From: Octopus vulgaris
Taxonomy: Eukaryota
DNA length: 64,000 nt
Reading direction: 5' to 3'
Assembly: GCA_951406725.2 (NCBI GenBank)
Contig: OX597816.1
Location: 99,448,001-99,512,000 of the forward strand
Positions 40,515 to 54,799 of the stretch are shown here, one piece after another. The position numbers were made by a program, and so were the translations under genes. Each line of letters starts with the position of its first letter. Positions within the stretch are counted from its first letter, which is position 1. Under the pieces are notes generated by a model. That model was given only the letters and a program-made list of their open reading frames with translations, was not told where the DNA came from and did not search any database.

Positions 40515-40810
40515 TGTTGTTGTTATTCAACAGTCTTATTTTTATCACATGCTTTCACTGCACTACCAAGCGCAGCTCTGTGTGCCTTGGGTATGTGCAG
40601 TTGTTTGTTGTGATGCTCTTATTGTTACTGTATTGAAAGTGTTTTACGTAGGATGTATGTGGTGCCTAGTAGTGCTATTTTCTGTATGTTATATATACTG
40701 GCTAGTGCTGATGTTTTTGTTATCTATTTATCTGAATATTTTTATCATACCTAATGCACCTACTATGGTAGCAATTGTTTCTTCTTTTAGACTCCACATT
40801 CAAGTTACCT
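40515..40810 (-). mobile_element. 3' end of an R4/Dong-like RLE retrotransposon
   Basis: Minus-strand remnant IVGALGMIK..IYNIQKIALLGTTYILRKTLSIQ*; flanked by (TAA)n. Confidence 0.75.
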
Positions 40811-40864
40811 CTATTTTTTTTAATTATTATTATTATTATTAGTAGTAGTAGTAGTAGTAGTAGT

Positions 40865-43800
40865 TTTAAAATAGAATATGGTCCGGTGTCTTCTGCTTAA
40901 CCAGGGTCATCCCTTGACCTTAGGGTTACAGCAGGTCCTCATCTCATGGAGAGTACATGGCATAAAATGTGTGCGGAACCTAGCAACACTATTTTCTGAA
41001 GTTCTCCCATGTTAATGCTGCAAGGGAGTTTGTTGAGCTGCTTATCAAGGCCCTTTTTAATTAGCCCTGACACTCCAATCACCACTGGTGCTGTGCTGCT
41101 TTTCATTCTCCACATCTTAGTCACTTCTATTTCTAGGTCTTTGTACTTCTCAACTTCTTTAATGGATACATTTCTCTCTGATGGTGCTGTCACATCTATC
41201 ATTAAGCATTTCTTATTCTTCCCATCTTTGATGATTATGTCTGACCTGTTTGCCTTGATTTCTTTATCGGTATTCATTGGCATGTACCAGAGTACTGTTA
41301 CATCATGTTTTCTGGATACAGCTTCAAGTTTATACTGGTACCATCTTTCTGAAGTTGGAAGCTGAGAGTGTTTACATATCTTCCAATGAATATATTGCGC
41401 TACTCTATGTCTATGAATATATTCATTTTTTTCAAGTGCTGTGCATCCAATTAAAATGTAGTCCACTGTTTCATCCTGCTCACGACACATTCTGCATTTT
41501 GGGTCACTGCCATCGTTCATTATTTTGTTGTGGTAAGCTGGTTGCCAAGCTTTGATCTTGTGCTGCTATGATAAAACCTTAGTTTTCAGCCTTCAGTCCT
41601 GAGCTCTTCATCCATACACCAGTGTCTCATTTTTCTACACCTGGTTTGTTCACTCTACATGGGTATCGGCCATTCATCGGTTTATCTAGCCATTCTTTGT
41701 TGTTCTTCTTCTGGGCTTGTTTTTTTATCTCTTCCTTAACTCTTTTAGCAAACTGGGTTACTTTCTCACTCGCCTTCATCCTAGGTTCCTCTGTCATCAG
41801 TTGTTTCTTAAACTGTACAGAATTTTTGTATACCTAGTATAGCTGCTTTACTTTATCATACTGGTGCACAAGCTTCATTAGAGAATCTTTTGACAGCTCA
41901 AGATACGTATTTAATCCTACAGTGGTGGTTTTGTAAGCTAATTCTAATTGAGTTAGTCCTCTTCCCCCCATGCTTCTTGGTAAATAAATCTTGTTCACAT
42001 CCGCTTTTGGGTGGTTCATTTGTGCCATGGTTAGTAGTTTTCTGGTCTTGGAGTCTAGCTTCTTTATTTCGCTCATTTGCCAGTTGATTATGTTGAAACT
42101 GTAAGCTACAATTGGTACTGCAAGAGTGTTAATGGCTTCTATTTTGTTTGCAGCATTGCGTTCAGTCTTTATTACTAACCGTACTCTCCTGCAGTACTCT
42201 TTTCTAATCTTCTCTTTCATTGCTGAATGTTTTATGCCATTACTTTCATCTATGTCAAGGTATTTGTATGCTTCTTTCTGGTCCAGTGCTCGGATTCTTG
42301 CTTCTGTATCTACGTGGATATCCGCAGAAGATGCCAGTTTGCCTCTTATGAAAGTGGCTTTCATGCATTTCTCCAGTCCAAACTGCAACCTGATATCATC
42401 ACTGAACTTTTTAACCATAGCAAGTAGACCTTGTTGTTCGTAATCTTTGAGTACATTTTCAGATCATCCATGTAGAACAGATGACTCCCTTTTTTCTTCT
42501 TGATCTCATATCCATACCCGGTTTTATTGAGCATGGTACTTAATGATGCCAGTGCCAAGCAGAATCTTAAGGGTGACAGCGAGTCCCCTTGGAAGATATC
42601 ACTTTTGATTTTGATTGGTCTGCTTGTTATTGATCTATTGGAATGGTTCAGCGTCAACATAGTTTCCCATGTATTCATGCTGTGTTTCATAAACTTGATG
42701 AGAGTCGGAGATACTTTGTATACTTCCATCACTTTCAATTTCCATGAGTGAGGTACACTTTTTTTAGCTAATCCATGATGTGCGCAGGTTCGTTTTCCTG
42801 GTTTTGCAGTCTTCAAGGATCATTTTGTTTATCAGTAATTGGTCCTTGCATCCATAGCTCTCGCTTCAACAACCTTTTTGTTCTGGTGGTAGTAGGTTGT
42901 TTTCTTCTAGGAATGTGTATGTTCTTTCAGTGATTACAGATGTTAATATTTTATACAATGTTGGTAGACAGGTGATTGGTCTATAGTTCTTTAGGTTTTC
43001 TGGGTCATTTGTTTTTGGTATCAGGTATGTCACTCTGTGTCAACCAGTCCTTAATCCATTCTGCATCTTCATTATGTTGTTTTCCCTTTTCCCATATCGT
43101 ACTCCAGAAATTTTCCATATCCTCTTTCTTTGGGCAGCTGCTGAACATTTATTAGTTGTTTACCGAGTTCCCTGTAAAATTTCTTTCCATCTTCTTTAAA
43201 TAATTTGTTTTGTCTAAATTGTTTGCTTCTCTTTATATATCATGACAATCATTGTGCCTTTGCTTGGATTTTTTGCTTTAGATTTTCTTTTGCTTCAGGT
43301 ATTTCATTTTTTTGTTTGATCCCATGCTTTTTGTTTATTTTCTTGGCTTTTCTTTGGTTGACCTGGTTTCCATTACTTATTTCGGTCAGTATTGATAGAT
43401 TGCCTCTCATGCATTGTATATTCTTTTCTAAGTTTTCTTTCCATTTTGGTTGTCTTTTCTTCTATTGAGCAGTTTTCTTTCTTAGTTTTATGCCTTTTGC
43501 TTCAGTAATAGCTGTAGCTGTAGCATAGGCTAGTTGGTTTAGCAATGTTATATTTAGTGGTTCTATTCTTGTTGACTTATCTCATCTATTACATTATTGC
43601 CAATTTTAATCAACTCCTTCAGGTTCTTATCCATACTGACTTTTGGTAGAGGCTCTCTGTCTGTGGTGTCTTGTGCTTTTACCTGTTCCCATTTTCTATG
43701 TATTTCTTCTTTTAGTTCCAAATATTTCTCCCTATCCATGTCACTGTTTCGTGTTGTTGGTTGTTTTACAGGTTCTTCTATCTCATTACCCACAGAGGGT

Positions 43801-44733
43801 TCCTCAAATACATCCTCTTCTTGGTTTTCTGTAGTCCCTATTTCTATTTCATTTGTATTTGGTTTTATACGGTGAGATCTGTTGACTTTTCTTTTTATGT
43901 GTTCCAGCTCAGTATCTGTGAGCCTCCTGTTTTTAATGATATCTCTTCAGGCATTCCCTAACTTGTTGGGATCCATATTTAACATTGAAGTTGAGTATTT
44001 TAGTCTCCATAATTGATAAGTCCTTTTTGTTGTGTTATCTTCTTGGTGGTGTGACTACCACCATGTAATATGTTTTCATTACTAGTTTATACTCTTCCCG
44101 ATTCCATTTAGTTCTAGGGTTTTTGTGTGTAGTATGTCTTGCATAGGTGGGACTCAGCTTGAGGTTTTCCTCGGTTAAGTTGACCGGGAGTGGGTAGAGT
44201 TTGAATCAGTAACCAATTTTTCATTCCCAGCCTGACTCCTCATTAGGGGGCACACTCCTTGTTGACATGTGAGATGAGCAATACGGTATGGGTTGCTTTT
44301 ATTGACTTAATTCATTATTGGTTAACTACTGGGTATATTCATGGTGATTGGCAACATACTGCTTGAGTACCTGAGTGTGCCCTATGCATATCACACACAT
44401 TGCTGGTTCCGCCTTCAAAGCTGTTGTCCATCTAGCTCTATGCATCATCCATCCTCTTTGCCATCTCAGACTTGATGCACTTAAGGGAAGGTATCCCTTC
44501 AGCCATAACAGCAGTCTAACTGCCGTTGCCCCTCTCTTAGGTTAGCACCACTGTCGAGAGGAGGTTCCAGGGAATGACCATCGTTGAGCACAACCGGCTA
44601 AGTGAGAGTCAAGCTTTTGTTGTGAACTAGTGATCATCATCCATGCTCTTGGCATGCAACAGATGGTGAACAGAAGTGCTATCACAAACGAATACCCTAT
44701 ATGCCCCGTATTATTGGGGCATATGGGTATTTG
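40865..44733 (-). mobile_element. Near full-length decayed R4/Dong-clade RLE non-LTR retrotransposon
   Basis: N-terminal RTKWNREEYKLVMKTYY; RT IFQGDSLSP and HLFYMDDLK; knuckle CRMCREQDETVD; REL motif ANRSDIII..CLMIDV; several frameshifts and stops; (TAA)n/(CTA)n at both ends. Confidence 0.9.
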
Positions 44734-45003
44734 TATTATTATTGTTATTAAAATTATTATTATTATTATTATAATATCTTTGACTTTTGCTTTATATTTG
44801 TACAAGTTGGCTCCAAGTCTCACCCAGAGACCTCAAGAGACAAGTTAGCAGTTCGTGCTGGTGTTATGCCTATGGTGCCTTATGTATTTGGTTTTGTGCA
44901 TAGGTCCAACCCATGCTAGCATGGAAAACAGACGCTAAACGATGATGATGATGATGTTGTTGTTCTAGAGAATGTTTAAGAAACCATTAGAAAATTGTGT
45001 TTG

Positions 45004-45062
<59 letters not shown>

Positions 45063-45109
45063 TAGTTTTATTTTTTATAGCGTGCTAATAATATTATTAT
45101 TATTATTAT

Positions 45110-46298
45110 TTTATTGTTTTTGCACAGCTTCTAACACTGGAGATGTACTATGGTATCACTACCTTATTTTTCGAGCACCATTCGGAGTATTCATGTGATT
45201 CCGAGCAGTTCTGTTTTCTGCAAGTGCTCCACCCTTATTGCAGCCCCTATTTATTCCATGTACTTCTCAAGATTTTTACTCACAGTTCCCAGGGTTTCAA
45301 CAGTTATTGGTACTACTACCACTTTTTCAGCAACCACAACTGCTTAACCTCCCAAGCTAACCTGATATATCTATCGACTTTTCTTTCTTCCTTATTGCAT
45401 ACCTTTTTGTCAGCTGGACATGCAATATCTATGGTCCAGCATCGTTTGTTTTCTTTCTCAATTAACACTATGTCTGGTTTCCTATTCTCTATCTCATGGT
45501 CGCACTGAATCATAAAATCACATAAGATCTTTGCATTATGATTTTCAATAATGCCTTTGGGTTTATGTTCATACCACTTTTTTGCTCTGTCAAGTCCGTA
45601 CTTGTTGCAAAGTTTCCAATGGATAATCCTTGCTATGTTGTCATGATGTCTCCTATATTCTTTCTGGGCTAGTAGCATACATTGACTGGTAATATGCCAT
45701 ACGGTTTCACCATTTTGGTCACAAATTCTGCACTTACCATTTTCTGATGTGTTGTCTATTTTGTATTTGATGTAATTGGTTCTTGCTTGCTCGTGGGCAG
45801 CACAGATTAGAGCCTCCATTTCCAGTTTTAAGTCACTTTTAGTCATCTATAGCCATCTTTATTTTCTGTCTGTTTTATCTTCAACATCCCTATGGAATTG
45901 TCCATGCATTCTCTTCTTTATCTACCTATTTTCAGTTTCATTCATTCTCAAGTGCTTGAACAGTGCTTTATCTTTGCAATCTTCCTTACTACACAAGCCT
46001 GACTTTTTTTACTTCCAGTAATAGTGGTTCTGTGGCATTTTTTACATACCATGCTATGTTGTTTTCTTCTGCTCTAATACTGTGTTCACATCCAATCGGT
46101 TCTCTTCCCCCTCTTTTTCTTGGTACATAAAGTCTGTCTATGTCACTTTTTGGATGGAGTATCCCATATCTAGTCAGCAACTTCCTTGTCTTTCTGTCTA
46201 AACTGTTTAGTTCATCTACTGTCCATGCGATTACTCCTGCTCCATATCTAAGTAGTGAAACCACACAGGTGTTGATAGCTTCAATCTTATTCCACCCA
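45110..46298 (-). mobile_element. 5'-truncated R4/Dong-like element (different subfamily)
   Basis: LHPKSDIDRLYVPRKRGGR, CRICDQNGETVWHITSQC, NRKPDIVLI..WTIDIACP; (TAA)n on both sides. Confidence 0.88.
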
Positions 46299-46346
<48 letters not shown>

Positions 46347-46519
46347 CATCATTATTATTGAGTGAAGTACATGACTCAAAGATTTTTGTATTTAGTTATC
46401 TTTATTTACACTTGATCTGAAGTTCAGTCCAATAGAGGATACTTAATGTCAATGTAATTAACCACACATCAAACTCAAAAGTTTTTGGCTTTATATATGT
46501 TAGAAATTTTTATTATAAC

Positions 46520-46980
46520 AAAGATGATAATGATAATGACAACAATCATCACCACCACTACCACCACCATTGCCACCACTGCCACCACCACCACCATCAC
46601 CACTTCCTCCATCACCACTTCTTCCACCACCACTACCATCATCATCATCATAAGGATATCCATATTCAGAGTGATGATAATGATGCTAGATAATGACAAC
46701 AATAATGATGCCAATTATGATGCTCTGGGTGATTAGGATGATGATAAAGATGTTGATCATCATCATCATCATCATCATGAGAATGATACACATGATAATG
46801 ATAATGGCGAAGCTAATGATAATGATGATTGGAATCAATGACTATGATGATGATGATGATGAAGGTGCTATAGAGATAAAGATGGTGGTGATGATGGTGT
46901 GGATAAAGATGAAGATATGATAACAATGACAACAATGCCTACAATGATGATGATGATAATGTTTTAGGCATGATTATGAT
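46520..46980. repeat. Compound trinucleotide low-complexity tract (CAC/CAT/GAT)
   Basis: Direct reading; similar tracts at ~27110-27380 and ~50070-50260. Confidence 0.85.
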
Positions 46981-47454
46981 CATATTGATTTCTGTTGTAG
47001 GCATAAGGTCTGCAACTTTAAGGAGAGGATAAGTAGTCAGTATGATTGTTCACAGAACTTGACTGGTACTTTGTTTAATTGTTTTATTGAATGTGGGAAG
47101 GAAAAAAGACCAATTTTGATCTCAGCAGGATTTGAACTCAGAATGTAAAGAGTCAGAACCAATACAGCAAAGCATTTTTTTTTTTTTTTTTTTGATGCTC
47201 AAATGATTCTGCTAGCTCACTGATAATCACAATAATGATGATTCTAATGGTAGAAATGATGATAGAAATGAAGTAGTCAATCATCATCATCATCATCACC
47301 ACCATCATCATGAGGAGGAGGAGGAGGAGAACAGTAACAACAACAATGATGATTATGATTATTTCAACAATGACAATGATAATAATTATAATGATGATGA
47401 TGATGATTGCAATATGTAATGGTGATAGAAAACAAGACTAATTCCCAATGCATA

Positions 47455-47492
<38 letters not shown>

Positions 47493-49306
47493 CACACACA
47501 TATAATATATATATATTCTTACTCCACATCTCCAGCCATTTATTTCAACCAACCCAACCACACTGCATTCATCCACCCTTATACACATACGTACAGCTAC
47601 CCAAATATGTTGGTTACCTTAACTCTTAAGTGTCTATGTTTATCTATTGATCTGATTGTCTGCTGAAAATGTTATCTCTGACACCATTGCCTGCTTTACT
47701 CTGACACTTTGTCCACCTATCAACAAACCTTTCATTCTGTGCATTATTATCTTCAAAGTATTCAACGCACACAGACACACATGCACACATGCAAGTACAA
47801 ACACATATATACAGTTATATTACAGTTCACTATGTGTGTGTGTATGCATGTGTGTGTGTGTGTGTATGTGTGTGTGTGCTAGCATCTCTGGTTGTGTGCA
47901 TGTATACACATTCATGTGCACACATACACAAATAATTATATGCATATGACTATGCATATGAATATATGTGTGTGTAAAAGTGTGTGCATATAAACCTATC
48001 AGTTTATATATGCATGTCTATGTGTGCATTTCTTCATATATATTATGATATATGCAAGCATACATATGCACACATTCATTCACAAAATATATATATATAT
48101 ATATATATATAGATAAAATTATATATATATATGTGTGTGTGTGTATATGCATATATAGATTTATATAACTATATATATGTGTGTGTGTGTACATATACAT
48201 ATATATATACATATATATATGTATGTGTGTGCATTTATATATATATGTATATATGTATGTATATATATATATATGTATATATGTATGTATATATATATAT
48301 GTATGTATATATGTATGTATATATATATGTATGTGTACATATGTATGTATATTTCTATGTATGTATACAAACTGACATAACTTTCCATTCTTCAAGAATA
48401 ATCAATAAACGAAAGATCAGAGATCAAGAAAGTTTACAAGAAAATTGTGTTCTATGTTGTGTGTACAAGTAGAAACTGAAGCAACATTACAGTTAGACAG
48501 TGCACTCCATAGACTCAGCATGTCAGATATGGCATCACAGAGAAAGCATCATAGACAGATTGTAGCAATGTAGACAAAGCACCATTCTAGCAATCTACTG
48601 AAGAGAAAAAAACAGAAAAAACATACAAAAGTAAAGAATACCAATACAGCAGGACATTGAATAATAGGAATTTTTTTTTTAATTGAATAATTCAGCTTTT
48701 AAATTAAAGAAGAAAGAAATAGGAAGAAATTTTAGAAATTAAGAAAAATTGGAACTAAATGAAGAAAAATTGATAGAACTGAAGAAAATAACGAATGAAA
48801 ATTGAGAAAAAATTACTGAAGAAAATGAAGAATTGCTGGAAAATACAAAAAAAAAGTAAGAAAAACTGCTTTTAAAATGAAGAAAAATACTGTCAAATCT
48901 ACTTAGTAACCATGTAATAACATTGTGAAAACATTTCCAGAAGATATATTTGTTTATTTATTTGTTTGTTGCATTTTTATTGTTATTTTGTTTGAATTTT
49001 TTCTTTATTTACTTTTGTTTATTTATTTATTTACTATTTATTTGGTTGTGTTTAAGGTTTCTGTTTCCTTCTCTTTTTTTCCATTTTTTTTTTCCTTTTG
49101 TCTTTTCCCACCTTGCAACATTTTGATAGCATTCTGCAGACATGTAGCGGTTAGAGATAAAAGTTCTATCAGACGCACAGGAGTGGGTCAGGTGTGTGAT
49201 AAATTGAGTCACTCAATCAGGATTTGCAGAAGATTGCAGGGTGGAATACATACATACATACATACATACATACATACATACATACATACATACATACGTA
49301 CGTACG

Positions 49307-49342
<36 letters not shown>

Positions 49343-49579
49343 TATGTAAAATGATAGTAATAATAATAATAATTATAATACTCTCTCTGTATATATATGC
49401 ATGTATATATATGTGTGTGTATGGATATATGTATGAATATATATGTATATACATATACATGTATGTATGTATACATATATATATGTGTGTGTATACATAC
49501 ATACATATACATATATATTCATACATATATCCATACACATATACACAAACACACATACATACATGTATATATATGTATG

Positions 49580-49614
<35 letters not shown>

Positions 49615-49769
49615 CCACATATACATGTGAGTCTGTTTATATGTGTTTGTGTGTAAGAATATGTATACATAATTATGTGTATATATATATATAGATAGAT
49701 AGAGAGAGAGAGAGATAAACATTTGTATGTATGTATGTATATGTGCTTATATATGCATGAATTTGTGTA

Positions 49770-49811
<42 letters not shown>

Positions 49812-50391
49812 TCTGTACATACATGCATATACATACAAGGCGAGAGAGAGAAAGAGAGAGAAAGAGATGTAGGGGGCTAGGACTATATTTCTCCACTGAA
49901 ACATAAAATTTCTCTTTCTGTTCTGAATCAGTAAAAGCAACAAAGAATTCAACAGAACCAAAAATTTGGAAAATCAAATATGAAAGGGAATAAAATGATG
50001 GAATGGTGTTTGGTTTCAGATAGATGTATATCCTTAGAGTAGAGAAACTAAAGAGAGTGGATACAGCAGATGACATGGCTGCAACTGATGATAATGTTGA
50101 TGATGATGATGATGATGACAACGACAGCGGCAGCTGTGGCAGTGGTGGCAGTGGAAGTTGCAGAGGTGGTGCTGGCAGCAGTGGAGGAGGCAATGGTGGC
50201 AGTGGGAATGGTGATGGTGGTAGTACTGGTTGTAAGAGTGGTGGTGGTGTTGGTGGTGAATATTTCTGTCAGCACTACCAAATCTAGGAGACAACGTTTG
50301 AATTGCATGTCTACAAACAACCCAAAGGGAGAAACTCCCAGGAAATCAACTGCATTTTCTTTTCATCATAGCCTCATATATATATATATAT

Positions 50392-50810
50392 AGGTGTGGC
50401 TATGTGGTAAGAAGCTGGGCTTCCCACCAACATCATTCTGGATTGTTCAGTCACACTGTGTGGCAAGTGCCTTCTACTATGGTCTTGGGCCAACCAAAAG
50501 CCCTGTGAGTTGATTTTGTACACAGAAACTGATAGAAGCCTGCCGTATATATATATGTATGTATGTATATATGTATCTATGTGTATGTGACTATGTGTTT
50601 GATTTTGACCCACCATCACTGCTTGACAACTGATGATGTTGTGTTTACATCCCTGTAACTTATCAGTTCCGCAAAAGAGACTCATTGATTAAGTACTATG
50701 ATTTTAAAAAATCTGTAAGTACTGTGGTCGATTTGTTCGACTAAAGCCCTTCAAGGTGGTGCTCAAGCATGGCCACAATCAAATGACTGAAGCAAGTAAA
50801 AGAATAAAAG
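50392..50810 (+). mobile_element. SINE family B copy (CpG-decayed)
   Basis: Same head and tail as 21855-22350. Confidence 0.85.
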
Positions 50811-50944
50811 AATATATATGTAGTTAAAACTTATAGAAAAACAAAAGACAAAAATAGGTGTATGAACAACAAGCAAGTGTATTAGTTTGACGCTTAGGAA
50901 AATGAAAAAGTCTTTTACGTTTCAAGCATATGCTCTTCAACATG

Positions 50945-51023
<79 letters not shown>

Positions 51024-51849
51024 ATCCACCTATGTATGTAAGCATTTATGTATGTATGTATGTATGTATGTATGTATGTATGTATGTATGTATGTATGCA
51101 TGTATGTATTTATATTTATCTATTTTAGCTATTTGTGATGGCAGCAGCCTTTGTATCAAATATTAATGAACACATCTTACTTAACTCAGATGTTTTGTTT
51201 TGAATACTGTAAACTGTAATCATCTTGAGAAATCATCTCCAATACATGCTAAGTGCTATAAAATTCACAGATTATATTGGTTGACAAAACATCAGCAGAT
51301 GGCACTGTTGTATTATATGATTTCATCATAGGTTGCAAATCACCAACAACAGGTCGCCAAACATTGAATGCCAGATCAAAAATTTGTCAAACCAATATAG
51401 TTTAACACTGGCTAAATAGTCAGTGATGTCACAAAAAGCTGGCTGGCTGGCTGTGTATAAATTAACTATTATATACAGCCATTGTACTGGCATGGCTTCA
51501 ATAGTTTGTTACAGTCCTAGTCTGTTTATATTGAAATTTGCTGTCCTCCTCAATGGGATAGAGTACCATGTCTTTCTCATACATTTCTTTTTACAGTTTC
51601 TGCAACTGGATACAATTGTTTATTTTATGAATAGCTATTTGTCAAACTGTTAGGTTACAAGGCATAAACAACACTAGATGTTCTGTATAAATGCAGAGAA
51701 ACAGATGCAAGCATACACATATTTGCAAATATACGTGTTATGTTAGAAAACCCTAACACATTCCCAGATGAAAAAGAAACAGATTCTTCTTTGAGTTTAA
51801 TTAATACATTTAATCGAAATAATATTTCCCCTCGTTATTGATTTCAAAT

Positions 51850-52052
51850 TTTGCCACATGGCCAGCAATTTTGTGGGATGAGGTAAGTCATCATTGATCC
51901 CAGTTTTCAACTGCTACTGATTTTATAGACTCTGAAAAGGATGAAAGACAAAGTCAAACTCAGTGGAATTTGAACCTAGAATGTCAAGACAGATGAAATG
52001 CCATTAATCATTTTGCCCAGCATATTCATGATTTTGCCAATTTGCTGCCTTA
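51850..52052 (-). mobile_element. SINE family A copy (CpG-decayed)
   Basis: AAGGATGAAAGACAAAGTCAAACTCAGTGGAATTTGAAC versus AAGGATGAAAGGCAAAGTCGACCTCGGCGGAATTTGAAC at ~26821. Confidence 0.75.
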
Positions 52053-52379
52053 TTTCCCCTCATTATTGATAACATAATTCAATTCATCAGGCAAATTGTT
52101 CATCACTCAGGCACTAAATCTTTTAGGTTTCAAAGCAAAGAAATACTCAGTATCATTCTTAACTTCGTCACAATTGATATACTCATTTCCCTGCAAATAA
52201 GGTTACAATGATCTGAAAAGATGATAGTCAGATAGACTAAAGGCAGCAGAGTAAATAAAATGAGGTAAAACTTTTGTATTCAGTGTCGTAATCTTTTCTA
52301 GAATGACTTAAGCAAAATATGATGTTATATTATCATCTAATAATAATACACCTTTATGACTGACCAATGACAAATGCTT

Positions 52380-53065
52380 TTCCAACAAATTTTCATTCAA
52401 TGTTTCCAATTGATGACAATAATTCTCCATGATAACTGTTTCATTTTTCATTTAACACTTAATGACAGACTACACCTTTCATATCCCAACAAACACAGAA
52501 CATAGCATTTTCAACTGTAGTCCTGGTTTGGTGTATTCTTTTACATTGGGGGCTGACCATTTTTGTTGGATGCAGTTATAGAGAACCCACTTTTCATCAC
52601 TTGTGCTAATTCTACCCAAGAAATATTCAGTAGCATGGCTACCCTTCAAAAATGACCAGAGGGCATTCCTTTGTTTAAACTGAGAAGCAGTCAGATAACG
52701 AGTGACCCACTGACCAAGTTTAGACACTTTTTCTTGTTCATAAAGGTGTTTTATCATCAAAGAGTGACTTGAATTTAACTGTTTTGCTAATTTTTATGCA
52801 GTTTGCTTTGGATTCTCCTCAACTATAATTTTCAGGAGCTCAAAATTGGCAGAAGTTCATTGTCCAGATTGAAGGGAATCTGCAAGAGAACACTCTTCCA
52901 AATAAAATTGATTAAACCATTATTGGCTTGTCCAGACATTTAAAGCTACATTTCCATAGACAGAACAAATATTTCTTACCATTTCTATTGCTGAATAGTT
53001 TCTTTTGAATTTATAAAGCACACAGTGTCTGATACAGGCCTAGTCTAAGCTCATTTTCAGAGAAT
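52380..53065 (-). mobile_element. Decayed mariner transposase (N-terminal HTH to first catalytic D)
   Basis: IRHCVLYKFK..RNICSVYG; RISTSDEKWVLYN matches the mariner TGDEKW motif. Confidence 0.78.
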
Positions 53066-53879
53066 AAAATCGATATGAATTTAACCACCATGTTATGAAG
53101 TATTCTGTAAAGAAAGAAAAGACATTAAAATGTATAAAATTACGCTTATTTTACCATAAGTATTCACAAAGTACCCTCAATATGATCATGTCAAGAAAGC
53201 AACAGTACTTTTTTCCTACCAAAGATATGTGTGTGTATGTGTATTTATATATGTACATATATATATATATATATATGTGTGTGTATGTGTGTGCATATAT
53301 ATATATATATGTGTGTGTGCATATATATATATATATATGTGTGTGTGCATATATATATATATGTGTGTGCATATATATATATATGTGTGCATATATATAT
53401 ATATATATACGCACACACATATACATACATAGACACATGCACACACACACACGTGCAGGTATATATATATATCTGTGTGTGTGTGTATATGTGTGTGTGT
53501 GTCCGTATGTATATGTGTATATATATATATATACACATTACATACATACATACATACGCACACACATATATATGGTATTCTATCTGTGACATGCCCTTGC
53601 AATGAAACTGAATGTTTTTTTGAAGTTGTTGATGAGAGATGAAAAATGAATTGTGCACAATAACATAATATGGAAACGGTTATAGAGTTTGCATGAGAAG
53701 CTACTAATATAGCTACCAAAGCAGAATATTCATGCTTAAAAAAAGTTATGCTTTGTGTCTTGAAGGATTTCAAAGGCATTAATTATCATTTATAAGTTAC
53801 TCCCACATGATCACACCAACAATTCTGATATGTACTGTTGCCAGTTGGAAAAATAGAATTAAAAAATTCAGCAGATAAG

Positions 53880-54290
53880 GCCAGAACATATTCCCTCTCC
53901 TAATAGGAGAGGGAATATGTTCCAACAAGACAATGCCACAATTCATGTGCCTTTGTCTACACACACTAAGCTGCGTGAGCATGGGTGAAATCTGTTATCA
54001 CATCTACCAACATTGGTGCATTTGTCTTTCATTTGTTCAGGTTTCCATAGAATTCCTAGAATGGAAAATCATATAATGATTTTGATGCAATAAAAAAACA
54101 CCTGGATAACTTTTATTTCCACTAAGGCAGCCCACTTCTATGCAAATGGAATTTTGAAGCTACCAAATAGATGAACAAAAGTAATGAACAAGTATGGAGA
54201 GTGGTAATTTGATGAATAAAAACTATTATAAAGTGAATAAATTCATTTTATTTCCATCCTTTCCAGACAACACAATTATTTAATGAGCCT
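53880..54290 (+). mobile_element. Decayed mariner transposase C-terminal fragment
   Basis: QDNA..H, FHLFR, FYANGILKLPNR*TKVMNKYGE remnants. Confidence 0.68.
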
Positions 54291-54799
54291 ATTAATCCAG
54301 TTGATCAAACAACTGAACATGCAGCCAGAAATTTTGACCATTTAATACATACACACATATGTATATAAATGTCTATATACATGTCAGACTTATGCAGTTT
54401 CCATCTACCAACTTTCACTTTCAAAGCATTGGTCATTTCAAAGCTATAGTTAAAGTCACTTCTCTCAAGTACTATACAGTGAGACTGAACCTGAAACCAT
54501 GTGGTTGAAAAACATACTTCCTAACCTCACAACCATGTCAGGGCATACACTGTTGGAGATTTTTTCCAAGCAGGACATACTACTGTGATTGGTGTTCCAG
54601 CCATGATCACTCAGTCCTTTAGTGGTATATAGGGGTACTACATGATTGAATGTCTCATATCAACTGCTTTTGCAAATAGATGAAATGATGACATAGATGC
54701 CCCAAGTGGTTGATTGTTTAATGAAGTAAAATGTATTGAGTTGCCCAAAAATTTTGTTCAGTTTTTTTTTAAGGGAAAAATAAGACACAAGTTTTAGAT

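Noticed and set aside
51291-51307. CTCF-like motif TCAGCAGATGGCACTG
   Set aside because: Single short match expected by chance in 64 kb; no supporting evidence.
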